Shown piece after piece: positions 26,489 through 39,409 of a stretch of 64,000 nucleotides of DNA. Location of the stretch: positions 122,185 to 186,184 of the forward strand of contig NW_015172015.1 in NCBI RefSeq assembly GCF_001447785.1, read 5' to 3'. Made by a program: the position numbers and the translations under genes. How positions within the stretch are numbered: position 1 is the stretch's first letter; every line of letters starts with the position of its first letter. The notes under the pieces were generated by a model. The model did no database searches. It had not been told where the DNA came from and worked only from the letters and a program-made list of their open reading frames with translations. This stretch comes from Gekko japonicus (taxonomy: Eukaryota).

Positions 26489-28975
26489 TACTAGCAGCCT
26501 TGCTAACAGAACACGCCTTGGAGTACAACCCAGCAGGAAAAGAGCAACAGCCTATGCCCATTTCCATACTGTGGTCCAAACTTACACGGTCTATCAGGAA
26601 CTGCACAGACTTCAGAAAGATCTGGGGAAGGGGTCTCTCACCCACCCCCCATAAAATAGAATCTGGTACATATGAGTTGACCTACCCTGTCTAAGCTGTT
26701 TGTCTGGAAGTCTGAACAACCAGGGTGGGGAGAAAAAGAGGAGACACCAAAGCCAAGAGAATTTCTTAGCTACAGCATACAATGCAGATTGTGGGATTTG
26801 GCTGCTGGATGAAGAATTTGTTCCCCTGATCAGAATTATGGTAATCTCAATTTCTTTTTCATCACTTGTCACTATCATGTTAGCACTGGTCATAAACATA
26901 AGCCAATAAGAAATGAAAGGTTTTCTGGGTGTGTTCCCAATCATTAGAATATTACTTCTCTCTATTCAATTGTTCTAACATCCTTCTGTCTCTAGCTAAC
27001 AAAAAATTGGATTCATAAACCCATCTACCAATTTTTAAATGTAGAGCTATAAAAGTCAAAGCACATTTGTGCAACGTCACTCCATTAGCTTACTACTGTA
27101 TTCATGTCACATTATTCTAAACTTCCAGAACATGTGGCATTGCTAGGGATATCTGTTCCAACTCTAGATTCTTTTTGGTTTAAGGTTCTCAACATTCTCA
27201 GTTATGGTTTCATAAATAAGCGTGGAAATGTAAGGAATCCGAAAGCTAATTAAAAAACACATAGGTTATGCTTCCATATTTCATAATTTCAACATCCATT
27301 GTATAAGTAAGGAGCATAACATTTTGCATTACAATACCAGAATTCACAAGGAACATAACCTCTCTGGGACAATAAATACATTTGCAAGGAAATTTTTACT
27401 GCTGTGTACAAGCTATAATCCTTGTTAATGGACTATCATCTCCAATATGTTATTGGAACCACTTTTTTCTAGTTTCAAACCAGCAATGAGCAAGTAGTAT
27501 CACAAAAGGGAAACACATTCACCAGACAAAATTTGGCATTCACAGTATGTTATGCAATGAAATGTCATGCTGTATCTAGAAATAAGCAAGTTGCCCAGGC
27601 CTTGTGTTTCCCATGGCTAACTACACACCCTTGTCCTATAACCAAAATAAAGCTAAATACATTCCTAAAAATTAAGCCTCAAAGTGTATGCAAGGCTAAT
27701 TCTCTTCTAAAGAAAATCTGGGATCCCAAGCAAGACATGAACTGCATTTTGTGAGCCACATATATTCTAAAATATCTCCCACCCCACCCACAATAGGCAT
27801 TAGTAAGTACTCTACCTTCAGCTGCTCCTCTGGAACAACTTGGAAACTGCAGCTATTCCCTAGGCAAGAAGAAAATCTGCTGTTGTGCCCTGGGCTGAGT
27901 TGGGGGTAGTGGAGCCTCTATGTGCCTTCAGACAGTGGGTATCTTTACATCCACCTCCCACCAAGCACATCAGCACTTACATGGCATAATAAATGCATCT
28001 CCCCCACAGTCCATGTTCTTGTTTGTTAAATGCATAAAACATCAGTTCACATTTATAGCAGAGAATTAAGACAAGCTAGTGTCAGCAAAAGCCAAGAAAC
28101 GGTCCCCCAGCAGCTCCCCCAGAAGGGATGGCTTCAGCGCTTTCCAAGATCACTAATAGGCAAGCAACAACTCGGTTATTCCTAGAGCACTAAAAACTGC
28201 TGACAAGCAAAGTGCTTATGCCCAAAGGACATGGCTGTGGTCACTGATTAAAGGCTTACCTTACCGTAACACTACAGGTCTCTACTGCCTTACTAAGGGA
28301 ACCCACCAAGTTATTTTTTGTCTTTGGAACAGATGTGAAGATTCTAAACAATTACTGGTCTCAAAGTGAAACACATTTAGTTCACTGTTGCTCTACTATC
28401 TATAACATGAATGGATGGCAGTCTTGGGAATCACTGTTCTAGAAATTTGTGAACAAAACCCATCATTGCTATACTCTTGAATTTAGAGGCTAGGGCAGCA
28501 GCAGCAGCCCTGCCATCCTCTCCAAACAGAAATCATGACGTAGGCTTCCCTCTCACACGATTTTAAAAGTTATTACGATAACAAGGGTTAAATAAATGCT
28601 GGGGTATACATGAATATTAAGGCCTTCTGCTTTCATTTCCCCTGAGCTCTTTCTCTGCCCAAAACACATATGCAGCCATGTGCCCACATGAAGCAGAAAT
28701 GCAAATCAATTACTGACTGTCATGACCTCACAGAACAATCACCACACTGCCATGTTTTCAACCCAACTCCTCCTCCTATAGTAGATTTTACCTACAACAT
28801 ATTAGAGAAAGTCTCTGGCCACTTGCTAGCACTCACACAAGAGAGATCTGAACATTTCTGAAGACAATGAACTATCACAAAAAGGTCAACACTGTTCATG
28901 AATCCAGCACAAAAAAAGGATCTCTTAAATTTCACACAGCACATATGACGTTCCACAGAAGTCAGAGGGCACAAC

Positions 28976-29192
28976 TAGGGCTGCCAACTTCTGGTGTGAA
29001 AATACCTGGAGTTTTTGGGGGTGGAGCCTGGGGGGACCAGGGTTCTGTGAGGGGAAGGATCTCTGCAGCGTATAACCTCATAGAGTCCACCCTCCAAAGT
29101 AGACGTTTTCTCCAGGTGAAAAAATCTCCATCGTCTGGAGATCATTTGTAATTCTGGAAGATCTCCAGGCCCCACCTGGAGGCTGGCAACCT
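28976..29192. mobile_element. TAGGGTTGCCA-terminated MITE-like repeat
   Basis: TAGGGCTGCCAAC...TGGCAACC termini; related copies at ~34279-34420 and 59302-59521. Confidence 0.65.
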
Positions 29193-31891
29193 GGTGGATA
29201 ATATACATGTTTAGTGCCTAGCCTTCTCAGCAAGGATCTTCACAGGGATCTAATAAAAACCCAGCTAAAAGCTTCAAGTGCACAGTTACTTGTTAACGTT
29301 GAAAAAGAGGACATGGTACAAAAAGATGCTGCCCTGGAGGAGGCTTCAGTGTTCCTTGTCCCTTCTCACCACTTGGGAATTAACTGGGGAAGATTACTAG
29401 GAATGAAAGACGGGACAACACTCTAAGCCTGATGTCTCAGAGTGTGAAGCTATCTGAACCCTCACTAGTATATTAAGGGTTAACAATCTTTATATGCCAT
29501 AACAACAAATATGGTGCATTTAATTTATCTTGAGGGTAAACTATAAAGACTACATTAAACAGCAAAAACTGCAATTCTATGCATGCTCATTAGGAGAAAG
29601 CATCATTTTCAGTAGCTGTTACCTCCAAGGTAAAATGTATGATTTCATTGCCTAGGAGGGGAACTAGAAGATAACACAGTAACAAAGCTTACACTTTTTG
29701 TTCTCAAGGACCAGATTCATAAACTGGAATAGCACTGGGCCTTTCTACAGTCCTGACTTACTGATCACAGAAACACGGACTTATTAAAAAGCCTGCAAAG
29801 AGGACAACCAGAGAGAACTGGCATCCAGACAAAGACAAACTTGGTCTAACTCCCCAGACTGCTGATTTCTCAGCTTTTTGACAGCTTCCCGAAGAAAGAT
29901 CACACTGGAAAGTGCCAAGTGCGACGGCTGCAAAGGGAAAAGTGCAGTCTCGACACATTTTGCTAGGACTCAAAAGTCCTGCACTCAGCACAAGCACCGC
30001 CAATTCTTTGCTCACAACAGCACTGACAGCACAACGCATGATTCAACACAGGCCCCATTCTCAACATTCTTGATTCACAGAGCTGTGCCATCAAACTAGT
30101 GTAAACATGGTGACGTCACTCTTTCCAGCATCAAAGTCAGCCTTGAGACAGCTCCATCACTGGGAGGCTCCGCTGTAAAGGATGAGAAAGAAGATTGACA
30201 TGACAATGAGGAACTGGAGAATAGCCTGCAGTGGGAGGTTTTTCAACAAGTATAGCACAAAGCAGCTTCAGTCCTACACTGTACCTCTCTCCATATCCAT
30301 GGTTCTAGAAACTGCCACTTTAACCAGTTTTCAGAAGCTCACCTACATTTAGTGTCTCAACGGTCTTTCTATACATACTTGGATTCCTTTGCTAGAGAAT
30401 TTAACTTGGCAAAGGGATTTGAAAATGGCGGTTTACCCTGTAAAGTATCCAGCAACAAGTGGTCACACCAAAGAAGCTTGATTCCTCAAAACAGCCATGA
30501 TTGGCCCCTTGAGAATTTTCCCAAAATGCTTACATTCAAAGTATGCCTACGCTGCTTTTATTATGAGTGCACCTTTTACTCAGCAGAACTGAGGGGAGAG
30601 GGACAGACAAATCAAGATTCTGAACTGACTTGACACATCCTTACAACAAACATATCATGTAAAACTAGCTTCCTAATGTCCACAAGCCTGGTCAGTTATT
30701 GCAATAATCAAATAAAACCAGTGGAGCATACACTGTCCATGTTGCAGAGTCCAAGACATTAGACTGGGAAGCAAGACAACTGCATCCCCTGCCTGGTACT
30801 ATAAGACCAAGAGCAAACAAATTCCCAGTGCCACAGCTCATCCAATAGACGAAGAGTATCATGCTGTTACTCATATCTGAAGACACCTAGTTACAAGGGG
30901 GGCTGTTTTAAAACCAAGAACACTAACTAAATACCTTGCCTCTATTCATGTAGCTCTGACTTGTCTTACATTATTAAACCCATTAATTTTTCTAGAAAGC
31001 AAAAAGAAAAGAAAACAACACACCAAAATAGTACCACTGCAAAAAAAAAATAGAGATTGGGATACTGTGCATGTGCCTGTTAGGGTTTGAAATAACCTTT
31101 CACAGACCAGAGGGACAGACAAGATGATTTTCTTTTCTTTTTTACTAACTGTGCTGCCCTGAACCCCCAGAATCAAAATATATCAGTCCTAGGCAAAATA
31201 TTATTACACAGAGACCATATCAACCTTCAACAAGACAGGCTTTCGAACATCAAGTCATACTAATTAGATTGCCCATCTCTTGACAGCTAAGCCACTATCA
31301 GACTGGTGGAGGGTAAACTGTCCTCCAGAGTTTTTACTGTAGATGACGGCATTCTCCTGCTAGCTTTGCTGTGGGGACTTCCTACTAAGGACTCAGCAGA
31401 GGACAGCCTGCACTTGTTGCGTATATGTGCTTCACAAGGCACATCAAACAGATCTGCATCTCTGTGCCCTTCAGGATGACAGCATGCTAACCTCCTTCAC
31501 AGAGCCCTTGAGAATGTCAAATGCATAGACAAGAACAGAACAAGCAATTTCCACAGAACTGTTTTGCTGAGACTAACTATAAAGAAATCTAAAAAAGAAG
31601 CCCTACAGGTAGACAGAAAGAGAACATGCAACCAAAGCTCATGCACCCACCGCAAACAAACAACCCTCCCCCACAGAAAAACTTCATAAGGGTCTCTCAA
31701 AGTTCTGACAAGCATCCTTTCCCCTGAACATTTCTGTCCTCTCTTGTTGCTCATGGATATATGTTTTGTGACATATGCTTACAAAGCTGCACAAGTCAGA
31801 GCATCATAAATACAGAAAAGAGGAAGAGAAGCTCCAGTGAACTCCATCCTCTGTTGTCTCCTGCAACCTGCACCATTTTCACTGTCAGAAG

Positions 31892-32181
31892 ATGAGTCAG
31901 CAAATCAGCCTTCACAGATCATTTTCTGAACTGGCTCTTTTGCCAGGTCCCACCAGCCCCTTGGCAACCCCCACTTCACTTTGTGCAGCATATACCTAGC
32001 GGTGACCTCATGTTGATGAGTCAGCAGTGTCTAGGTTCTGCACAAGAAATGCTGCGTTAAGAGAAGCAATGGGATGCTCAGATTCCCTCATCCTGCATAC
32101 TCTCTCCCCCCCCAACCCCAACTTCTACCCCACAAACACACCAGTCCTTCCTCCCTGCTCCAGACACCTGATGAGTCAGCA
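31892..32181. promoter_or_regulatory. Cluster of three ARE/NF-E2 (CNC-sMaf) sites
   Basis: ATGAGTCAGCA at 31892, 32016 and 32171, each preceded by G, in otherwise non-repeated flanks. Confidence 0.8.
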
Positions 32182-32461
32182 CCGCCAGCCCTTTAACATT
32201 CCCAGACATGGCTGCACATCTCAGGAGACACACACAGACTGGCCAGGGGCCAACCACCACCCCTCCACAGGTAAACGAGGGACACATCGGTCTCAGAAAA
32301 CTCGAAAATCAGTGGGGAGGGACCCAGGTACTCTATCAAACTTACTGCTTTAAAATAAATATCAACTAAATAAGGAGTCAAGAAAGCTTAGGGGAGGTGA
32401 AGGAAATGCTGCGTGGAATAAGGTCGCCTACTCACACCCAATACTCGAGAAAAACAAGAGA

Positions 32462-32590
32462 NNNNNNNNNNNNNNNNNNNNNNNNNNNNNNNNNNNNNNN
32501 NNNNNNNNNNNNNNNNNNNNNNNNNNNNNNNNNNNNNNNNNNNNNNNNNNNNNNNNNNNNNNNNNNNNNNNNNNNNNNNNNNNNNNNNNN
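32462..32590. other. Assembly gap (129 N)
   Basis: Run of N beside a poly-G/GC-rich tract. Confidence 1.
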
Positions 32591-32599
32591 TTGAGAAAA

Positions 32600-33420
32600 A
32601 AAGGGGGGTGGGGGGGGGGGGGGAGCTGGCCGCTCTACGACCAGTACAAGCCCACACCCCACCCGAGTACATCAAAATGCCAGAGTCGCTTTTTCAACAA
32701 TAAATACGACAGCGAAAGGAACATTCTACTCCATAAACCCCCAAATTACCGGGAAAAATCAGACAGGGCAGAAGTCTCCCCTCTAAAACGTCTCCGATTC
32801 TACCTCAGAGCCCCCTCCCCCGCAATATTAATTCCTCCTCTTCTCTCTTTCTTTCTCTGCCTCCTTCCCTCGTGGAGGAGGGGGGCGCGCGCTAGAATTC
32901 GTCTCCCCACCACAAGAGGAGCCCGCCCAACCTCAGGCGCTCGCGCAATCGCTCACCCTCCGCTCGGTGCCGCCGGGGGGGGGCGCCGGGGCGGGGAGGG
33001 GGGAAAGCGCCACGAACAGAGGGACCGAGAGTCCGGGGTCCACCGCTGCCGCCGCTCACGGACACGTCACGTGATGTTTGGGTCACGTGCCTCCATTCAT
33101 GAAGCCGCTCGGTGCAACCGCCCCGAGCCTTAAAGGGGTGATAGCCAGCCCGATGGAGGGCTTTTTTTAAAGTAAATAATTGTCGGAGGAGAAATAAGGG
33201 GGAGCAGGGCTTGGCAAGGCGACTGGTGCGAGAGTAGTTTCCAGTGTGGGCTACGCTAGAGTTTCGGTGTTTGCTACCTTGCTGCTGAAATCTCCATCCT
33301 CCGCTTCGGACGCAAACTATAGACAAGTTTATCCCTGTGGAATCTGGACAACAGAAATAAGATAAAGGCGAGATCCCCGTCCATGAGAGACTCATCGGGC
33401 GTGGTCGACATGAGAGGCAA
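32600..33420. promoter_or_regulatory. MAFG CpG island / promoter and probable non-coding first exon region
   Basis: GC/CpG-rich; tandem E-boxes TCACGTGA (33067-33074) and GTCACGTG (33082-33089); G-runs; ~6.5 kb upstream of the first coding exon. Confidence 0.75.
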
Positions 33421-36193
33421 TGAGGTGCTACTAAAGACTTGAGGTGGCAGAATGTACTGCACCACTTCAGACTTCAGACTACAGCTTTTTATGTTCCTTC
33501 CCATAAAAAAAAAAGCATTTCAGTGCAAATAGAAAACTAGCACAGCAGGTTGTACGCCCCGCCCCGGCACTTCGCTTGCTGTGCTGTTTTTGGTTTTTTT
33601 TCCTGGTACATTTTTTATGCAGGGGAGCATTCAAAAATTAGATCCTGCACCAGCTTCAAGTGGCGCGATCTATTCTGCCTCCACGTTCATTCTCCTGTAT
33701 GGAGGATACATGAGGCAGCACCTTTGCTGACATTAAAGAGATCTAATATGGTCTCTCTGCATAGGAGTCCTAGGAACCCTAATTAAGCTAGCAGCCGCTA
33801 CAAATAAAAAAATGTATATTAAAAGAATATGTATGTAGAATACGTGTAATAACAAACACGATTTCAGGAGCAAGTGAATCCACCCCCGACCCATCGAACT
33901 AATTCCAAGGCAGAAGTTACTGAGTAAACAAGGAGCCAAGGAAGCGACTTTTCCGGTACTCCTATTCTGCCACTCTGAAGAAACGCTTTGAGAGGAAACA
34001 GCTAAGCACCTTTGTGTGGGGAGATGGATGCAGGGCTGATTCCAGACTGGGGATGGGCACAGTTCTCAGGGCTCCTCTATACCTCCTACCAAGCCCCACA
34101 TGCCTATGTCCTCTCCCCCCACCCACTTGCAGGCTTCCCCACTGCCTATGGTCACAGTTGCCATGCCCTTTCCCTAATGGTGCTGAGCAGTGTGTGCAGC
34201 TGGCAGTGCCATGGCCACCAGAAGCACCTCTGCTGTGTGCACCACGACCTATATGTCCTTCCCCTGGCAGCACTGGGCATAGGGTTGCCAAACTCCAGGC
34301 GGGGGCTGCAGACTTCCTGGGATTACAGCTGATTCCCAAATGACAGAGATCAGTTCCCTTGGAGAAAATGGCTGCTTTGAAGGGTGGTCTTCATGGCACT
34401 GTACCCTGACGAGGCCCCTACTTACTAGGAAGTCTTCCAAACCATTCTGCCCATTGCTCTTTTAAGGCAGCACTGGCCTTAAAAACAAAGATTATTCACC
34501 CAGCAGTTGTGCAACTAGCCCCAGTTAACAGAGCCCTCTAGTTCCAGTCTCCCTGCTGCCATCGGCGTAAAATTCGTGGGGGACTACTACAACTACAATA
34601 ATAATAATAATAGGAGGTGGTGGCGGCAGCTTGGAACTGGAAGATGACTGTGCAGAAAGGCCCTTACTGCCTTTCAGTGCATCCTTGGACTGTCAAAGGG
34701 ATTTTCCCCCTTCCTGACCCAGATCCTTGACAGACAAATCCTTGATTCTTGGCAGAGACCCACATCTCAAAATACTCCCAGACTCAGTGACCTATAATGA
34801 GCCATGGGTTGGATTTCTAGCAAGTTCCGAATTGCCTGGACTAGATTAGGACCAGTTTTCTCTAGAGGTAATATGTGCCATTTATCGACAGCTCAGAATT
34901 AACAGGGGTACTCAGGGAACAAAAGCCCTGATGGCTGTTGGCTTCTCAGTGTTAAAACTAGAAATCCATTGTCTACTGCAGCTGTCACTTGGAACCTGCT
35001 AGCTGTCCAACAAATTGCACAGGCTAATTAGACTGCTTATATAGTACATGGGAGGCTTACAGGGCTTGAGGAGCAGAGGATGATGAGCTTTAGGATTTCT
35101 CGCCTTCTTTCATCTTCCTGAGCAGCCAGCCAGACCCATACTTCAGAACATGTTTTTAATGCAGTCCCCCTTCCCCCTTAGGAATTCTTCCCCTCCGCAC
35201 ACTTCTGTTCTGTCTTTGCTGTGTCTACACTTTCTCAAAACTGTGGAAATTGCAGGGAGCAGCGAGGTCTGGGCTGAAAATGCTGATGCAGGGAAGCAGC
35301 GCTCACAGCTGTTTCTGGCTTAGGTGCCTGGGACAAGAATGCTGCAGCATGCTCCCAGCCCAAAGAAGCACTGCAGAAACAACTGTGGCAAAGGATTAGG
35401 AGAAACAGGCCCCAGGCCCCCTTTCTTTCTCTGGAATTCAAACACATCCCACCCCCACCCCCCAGTGTCATAAGCTGTATAAGCCATAACCAGGCATGAA
35501 AACTTGGTTTTAGCAGGGAAGTCATTGGTGTGAATGTGCTTCAAACACTTCCTTGGAGGTACAGTTACTGCTGAACCAGGGAGCTTGTTTGTGTAAAGAG
35601 TCTCCCTGCATAGTTCAGCTGATTTTGATAGCTGTTTACAGATATTCACTTTTGGCTGATGACACCAGTGAAACCCTATTTTTTCAGGGTTAGAATGGCT
35701 GAAAATTGTCTGAACCAAATTAATACTATTTCAGCTAACTATGTAGTTAGGAGCCTGCCATAGTTTCTGGAACATACCTCTGACTGACTACATGACAAAG
35801 ACAGATTGGGAGCAATTGCCATTTAATTCTTTGTATAACTGGGCACTACACCATGAGTTCTCTGAGGTGTAGGTCTTTTTTTCAAAGTAATTGCTCGGGG
35901 AATGGAAGACTGGATAACAGTTGTATGTATTCTGAATAATTTCCTCCCCCCACAACTGCAGGGCATAAGCAGAATTTTCAGTTTCCCTAGTACCTTCAGT
36001 CTATATGTGGTATGTTATTTTGCAGTGGGGGTGCTTCATTGTGGGATTCATGTTGTACTAAAGTGTGGAAAGCATAGTGAGTGCCTGTGGTTCTGAAGGA
36101 GGTTGTGGTGCTTATATAACAGTATTGGTATTTTGTTGACACATTCACCCTCCCTGAAGAGTTAAAATAATTGTGCTCATGCCATGACATTAA

Positions 36194-39100
36194 CCCCCTC
36201 ATGGATCACTGCGTTGTCATGGCGAGGGGGCTTGCGTGGTTCGATGAGGCTGTGGGCTATGCCGTGGAGGGCCACCCAAGACGGACAGGCCACAGCAGAG
36301 AACTCAGACCAAGCGTGATCCCCTGGAGAAGGAAATGGCAACCCACTCCAGTATCTTTGCCAAGAAAACCCCATGGACAGTATCAAAAGGCTAAAAGATA
36401 TGACGCCGGAAGATGAGCCCCTCAGGTCGGAAGGTGTCCAATATGCTACTGAGGAAGAGCAGAGGGCAAGTACAAATAACCCCAGAAAGAGTGAAGCGCC
36501 TGGGCCAAAGCCGAAAGGACACTCAGCTGTGGACGTGTCTGAAGGTGAAAGGAAAGTCCGATGCTGCAAAAAACAATACTGCATAGGAACCTGGAATGTA
36601 AGATCTATGAATCAAGGTAAACTTGACGTGGTCAAAAATGAGATGGCAAGACTGAACATCGATATATTAGGAATCAGTGGACTAAAGTGGACAGGAATGG
36701 GCGAATTTAACTCAGAAGACCATTATATCTACTACTGTGGCCAGGAATCTCGTAGAAAAAATGGTGTGGCCTTTATAGTCAACAAGAGAGTGCAAAAGTC
36801 AGTACTGGGATACAATCTCAAAAATGACAGAATGATTTCGGTCCGATTCCAAGGCAAACCATTCGACAACACAGTAATCCAAGTCTATGCCCCAACCACT
36901 GATGCAGAAGAGGCTGAAGTGGACCGGTTCTATGAAGACCTACAACACCTCATAGAACTAACACCAAAAAATGATGTCCTCATCATCATAGGGGACTGGA
37001 ATGCTAAAGTAGGAAGTCAAAAGGTAACTGGAATAACAGACAAGTTTGGCCTTGGAAAGCAAAATGAAGCAGGGCAAAGGTTAACAGAGTTTTGTCAAGA
37101 GAACACACTGGTCATAGCGAACACCCTTTTCCAACAACCTAAGAGGCGACTCTACACATGGACATCACCAGATGGGCAACACCGAAATCAGATTGACTAT
37201 ATAATTTGCAGTCAAAGATGGAGAAGCTCTATCCAGTCAGTAAAAACAAGACCTGGAGCTGACTGTGGTTCAGATCATGAGCTACTCATTGCAAAATTCA
37301 GACTTAAACTGAAGAAAATTGGGAAAACCACGAGGCCATTCAGGTTTGACCTAGATCGCATCCCTGATGAATATACAGTAGAGGTGAAGAATAGATTCAA
37401 GGGTCTGGATTTGATAGATAGAGTGCCTGAAGAACTATGGACAGAGGTTCGTGACATCGTACAGGAGGCAGCAATCACCACCATCCCAAAGAAAAAGAAA
37501 TGTAAGAAAGCAAAGTGGCTTTCTGATGAGGCTTTACAAATAGCAGAGGAAAGAAGGAAAGCGAAAGGCAAAGGCGAAAAGGAAAGATTTACCCAACTGA
37601 ACGCAGATTTCCAGAGAACAGCAAGGAGAGATAAGGAGGCCTTCCTGAATGAACAGTGCAAAGTAATAGAAGAAAACAATAGAATGGGAAGGACTAGAGA
37701 TCTCTTCAAGAAAATTGGAGAAATCAAGGGAGCGTTCCATGCAAAGCTGGCCATGATAAAGGACAAAAACGGTAGGGACCTAACAGAAGCAGAAGAGATT
37801 AGGAAAAGATGGCAAGAATACACAGAAGAACTATACAAGAAAGACCTCGATGTCCTTGACAACCACGACGGTATAATCACTGACCTCGAGCCAGACATCC
37901 TGGAATGTGAAGTTAAATGGGCCTTAGAAAGCATTGCTAACAACAAAGCTAGTGGAGGTGATGGTATCCCAGCTGAGCTATTCAAAGTCTTAGAAGAGGA
38001 TGCTGTTAAAGTTCTGCACTCCATTTGCCAGCAAATTTGGAAAACGCAACAGTGGCCACAGGATTGGAAAAGATCAGTATACATTCCAATCCCAAAGAAG
38101 GGCAATGCCAAGGAATGTTCAAACTATCGCACAATTGCACTCATATCACACGCTAGCAAGGTCATGCTCAAGATCCTACAAGCTAGGCTTCAACAGTACG
38201 TGGATAGAGAACTACCAGAAGTACAAGCTGGGTTTCGAAGAGGTAGAGGAACGAGAGATCATATTGCCAACATTCGCTGGATTATGGAGAAAGCAAGAGA
38301 GTACCAGAAAAATATCTACTTCTGCTTCATTGACTATGCTAAAGCCTTTGACTGTGTGGATCACAACAAACTATGGCAGGTCCTTAAAGAGATGGGAGTA
38401 CCAGACCACCTCACATGTCTCTTGAGAAACCTGTATAAGGGCCAAGAAGCGACAGTTAGAACCGGATACGGAACAACTGATTGGTTCAGCATAGGAAAAG
38501 GAGTACGACAAGGATGTATACTGTCACCTTGCTTATTTAATATATATGCAGAGTACATCATGCGAAATGCTGGCCTGGATGAATCACAAGCGGGAATTAA
38601 GATTGCTGGGGAAAAGATCAACAACCTCAGATATGCAGATGATACCACTCTAATGGCTGAAAGTGAAGAGGATCTAAAGAGCCTCTTGCTCAGAGTAAAA
38701 GAGGAGAGCGCAAAAGTGGGCTTGAAGCTCAACATCAAAAAAACTAAGATCATGGCATCCGGCCCCATCACTCCTTGGCAAATAGTAGGGGAAGTCGTGG
38801 AAGTGGTGACAGACTTCACGTTCCTGGGATCCCAGATCACCGCAGACTGTGACAGCAGTCATGAAATTAAAAGACGCCTGCTCCTTGGGAGGAAAGCGAT
38901 GGCGAACCTAAACAGCATGATAAAAAGTAGAGACATCACCCTGCCAACAAAAGTCCGCATGGTCAAAGCAATGGTATTCCCAGTAGTCATGTATGGCTGT
39001 GAGAGTTGGACTATAAGGAAGGCCGAGCGCCGAAGAATAGATTCTTTTGAACTATGGTGCTGGAGGAGACTCTTGAGAGTCCCTTGGACTGCAAGAAGAA

Positions 39101-39409
39101 CAAATCAGTCAATCCTCAAAGAAATCAACCCTGACTGTTCCCTGGAAGGCCAGATAATGAAACTGAAGCTCAAATACTTTGGCCACCAAATGAGAAGGGA
39201 GCACTCACTGGAGAAGACCCTGATGCTGGGAAAGATTGAAGGTCAAAGAAGACGGGGACGGCAAAGGATGAGATGGTTAGACAGTGTCATAGATGCAACG
39301 AACATGAAATAGAGCAAACTTCAGAGGACGGCGGAAGACTGGAAGGCCTGGCGTGATCTGGTCCATGGGGTCGCAAAGAGTCGGACTCGACTGTGCAACT
39401 GAACAACAA
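36194..39409 (+). mobile_element. Full-length RTE-BovB LINE
   Basis: Bov-A-like 5' motif GGAGAAGGAAATGGCAACCCACTCCAGT, single long ORF, (CAA)n tail, 11-bp TSD CATGACATTAA at 36183-36193 and 39410-39420. Confidence 0.95.
36373..39312 (+). CDS. BovB APE endonuclease-reverse transcriptase ORF (979 aa, premature stop)
   Basis: GTWNVRS, GDWNAKVG and SDHELL endonuclease motifs; QGCILSP and YADD RT motifs; TAG at 39310 where the second copy has TTG. Confidence 0.93.
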   Translation: MDSIKRLKDMTPEDEPLRSEGVQYATEEEQRASTNNPRKSEAPGPKPKGHSAVDVSEGERKVRCCKKQYCIGTWNVRSMNQGKLDVVKNEMARLNIDILGISGLKWTGMGEFNSEDHYIYYCGQESRRKNGVAFIVNKRVQKSVLGYNLKNDRMISVRFQGKPFDNTVIQVYAPTTDAEEAEVDRFYEDLQHLIELTPKNDVLIIIGDWNAKVGSQKVTGITDKFGLGKQNEAGQRLTEFCQENTLVIANTLFQQPKRRLYTWTSPDGQHRNQIDYIICSQRWRSSIQSVKTRPGADCGSDHELLIAKFRLKLKKIGKTTRPFRFDLDRIPDEYTVEVKNRFKGLDLIDRVPEELWTEVRDIVQEAAITTIPKKKKCKKAKWLSDEALQIAEERRKAKGKGEKERFTQLNADFQRTARRDKEAFLNEQCKVIEENNRMGRTRDLFKKIGEIKGAFHAKLAMIKDKNGRDLTEAEEIRKRWQEYTEELYKKDLDVLDNHDGIITDLEPDILECEVKWALESIANNKASGGDGIPAELFKVLEEDAVKVLHSICQQIWKTQQWPQDWKRSVYIPIPKKGNAKECSNYRTIALISHASKVMLKILQARLQQYVDRELPEVQAGFRRGRGTRDHIANIRWIMEKAREYQKNIYFCFIDYAKAFDCVDHNKLWQVLKEMGVPDHLTCLLRNLYKGQEATVRTGYGTTDWFSIGKGVRQGCILSPCLFNIYAEYIMRNAGLDESQAGIKIAGEKINNLRYADDTTLMAESEEDLKSLLLRVKEESAKVGLKLNIKKTKIMASGPITPWQIVGEVVEVVTDFTFLGSQITADCDSSHEIKRRLLLGRKAMANLNSMIKSRDITLPTKVRMVKAMVFPVVMYGCESWTIRKAERRRIDSFELWCWRRLLRVPWTARRTNQSILKEINPDCSLEGQIMKLKLKYFGHQMRREHSLEKTLMLGKIEGQRRRGRQRMRWLDSVIDATNMK

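Noticed and set aside
32591-33395. 180-aa and 167-aa ORFs at the MAFG CpG island
   Set aside because: Stop-poor GC-rich sequence, low-complexity translation, no recognisable domain
37275-38840. Long antisense ORFs (278 and 159 aa) inside BovB
   Set aside because: Shadow frames of the RT ORF caused by codon bias; no independent motifs
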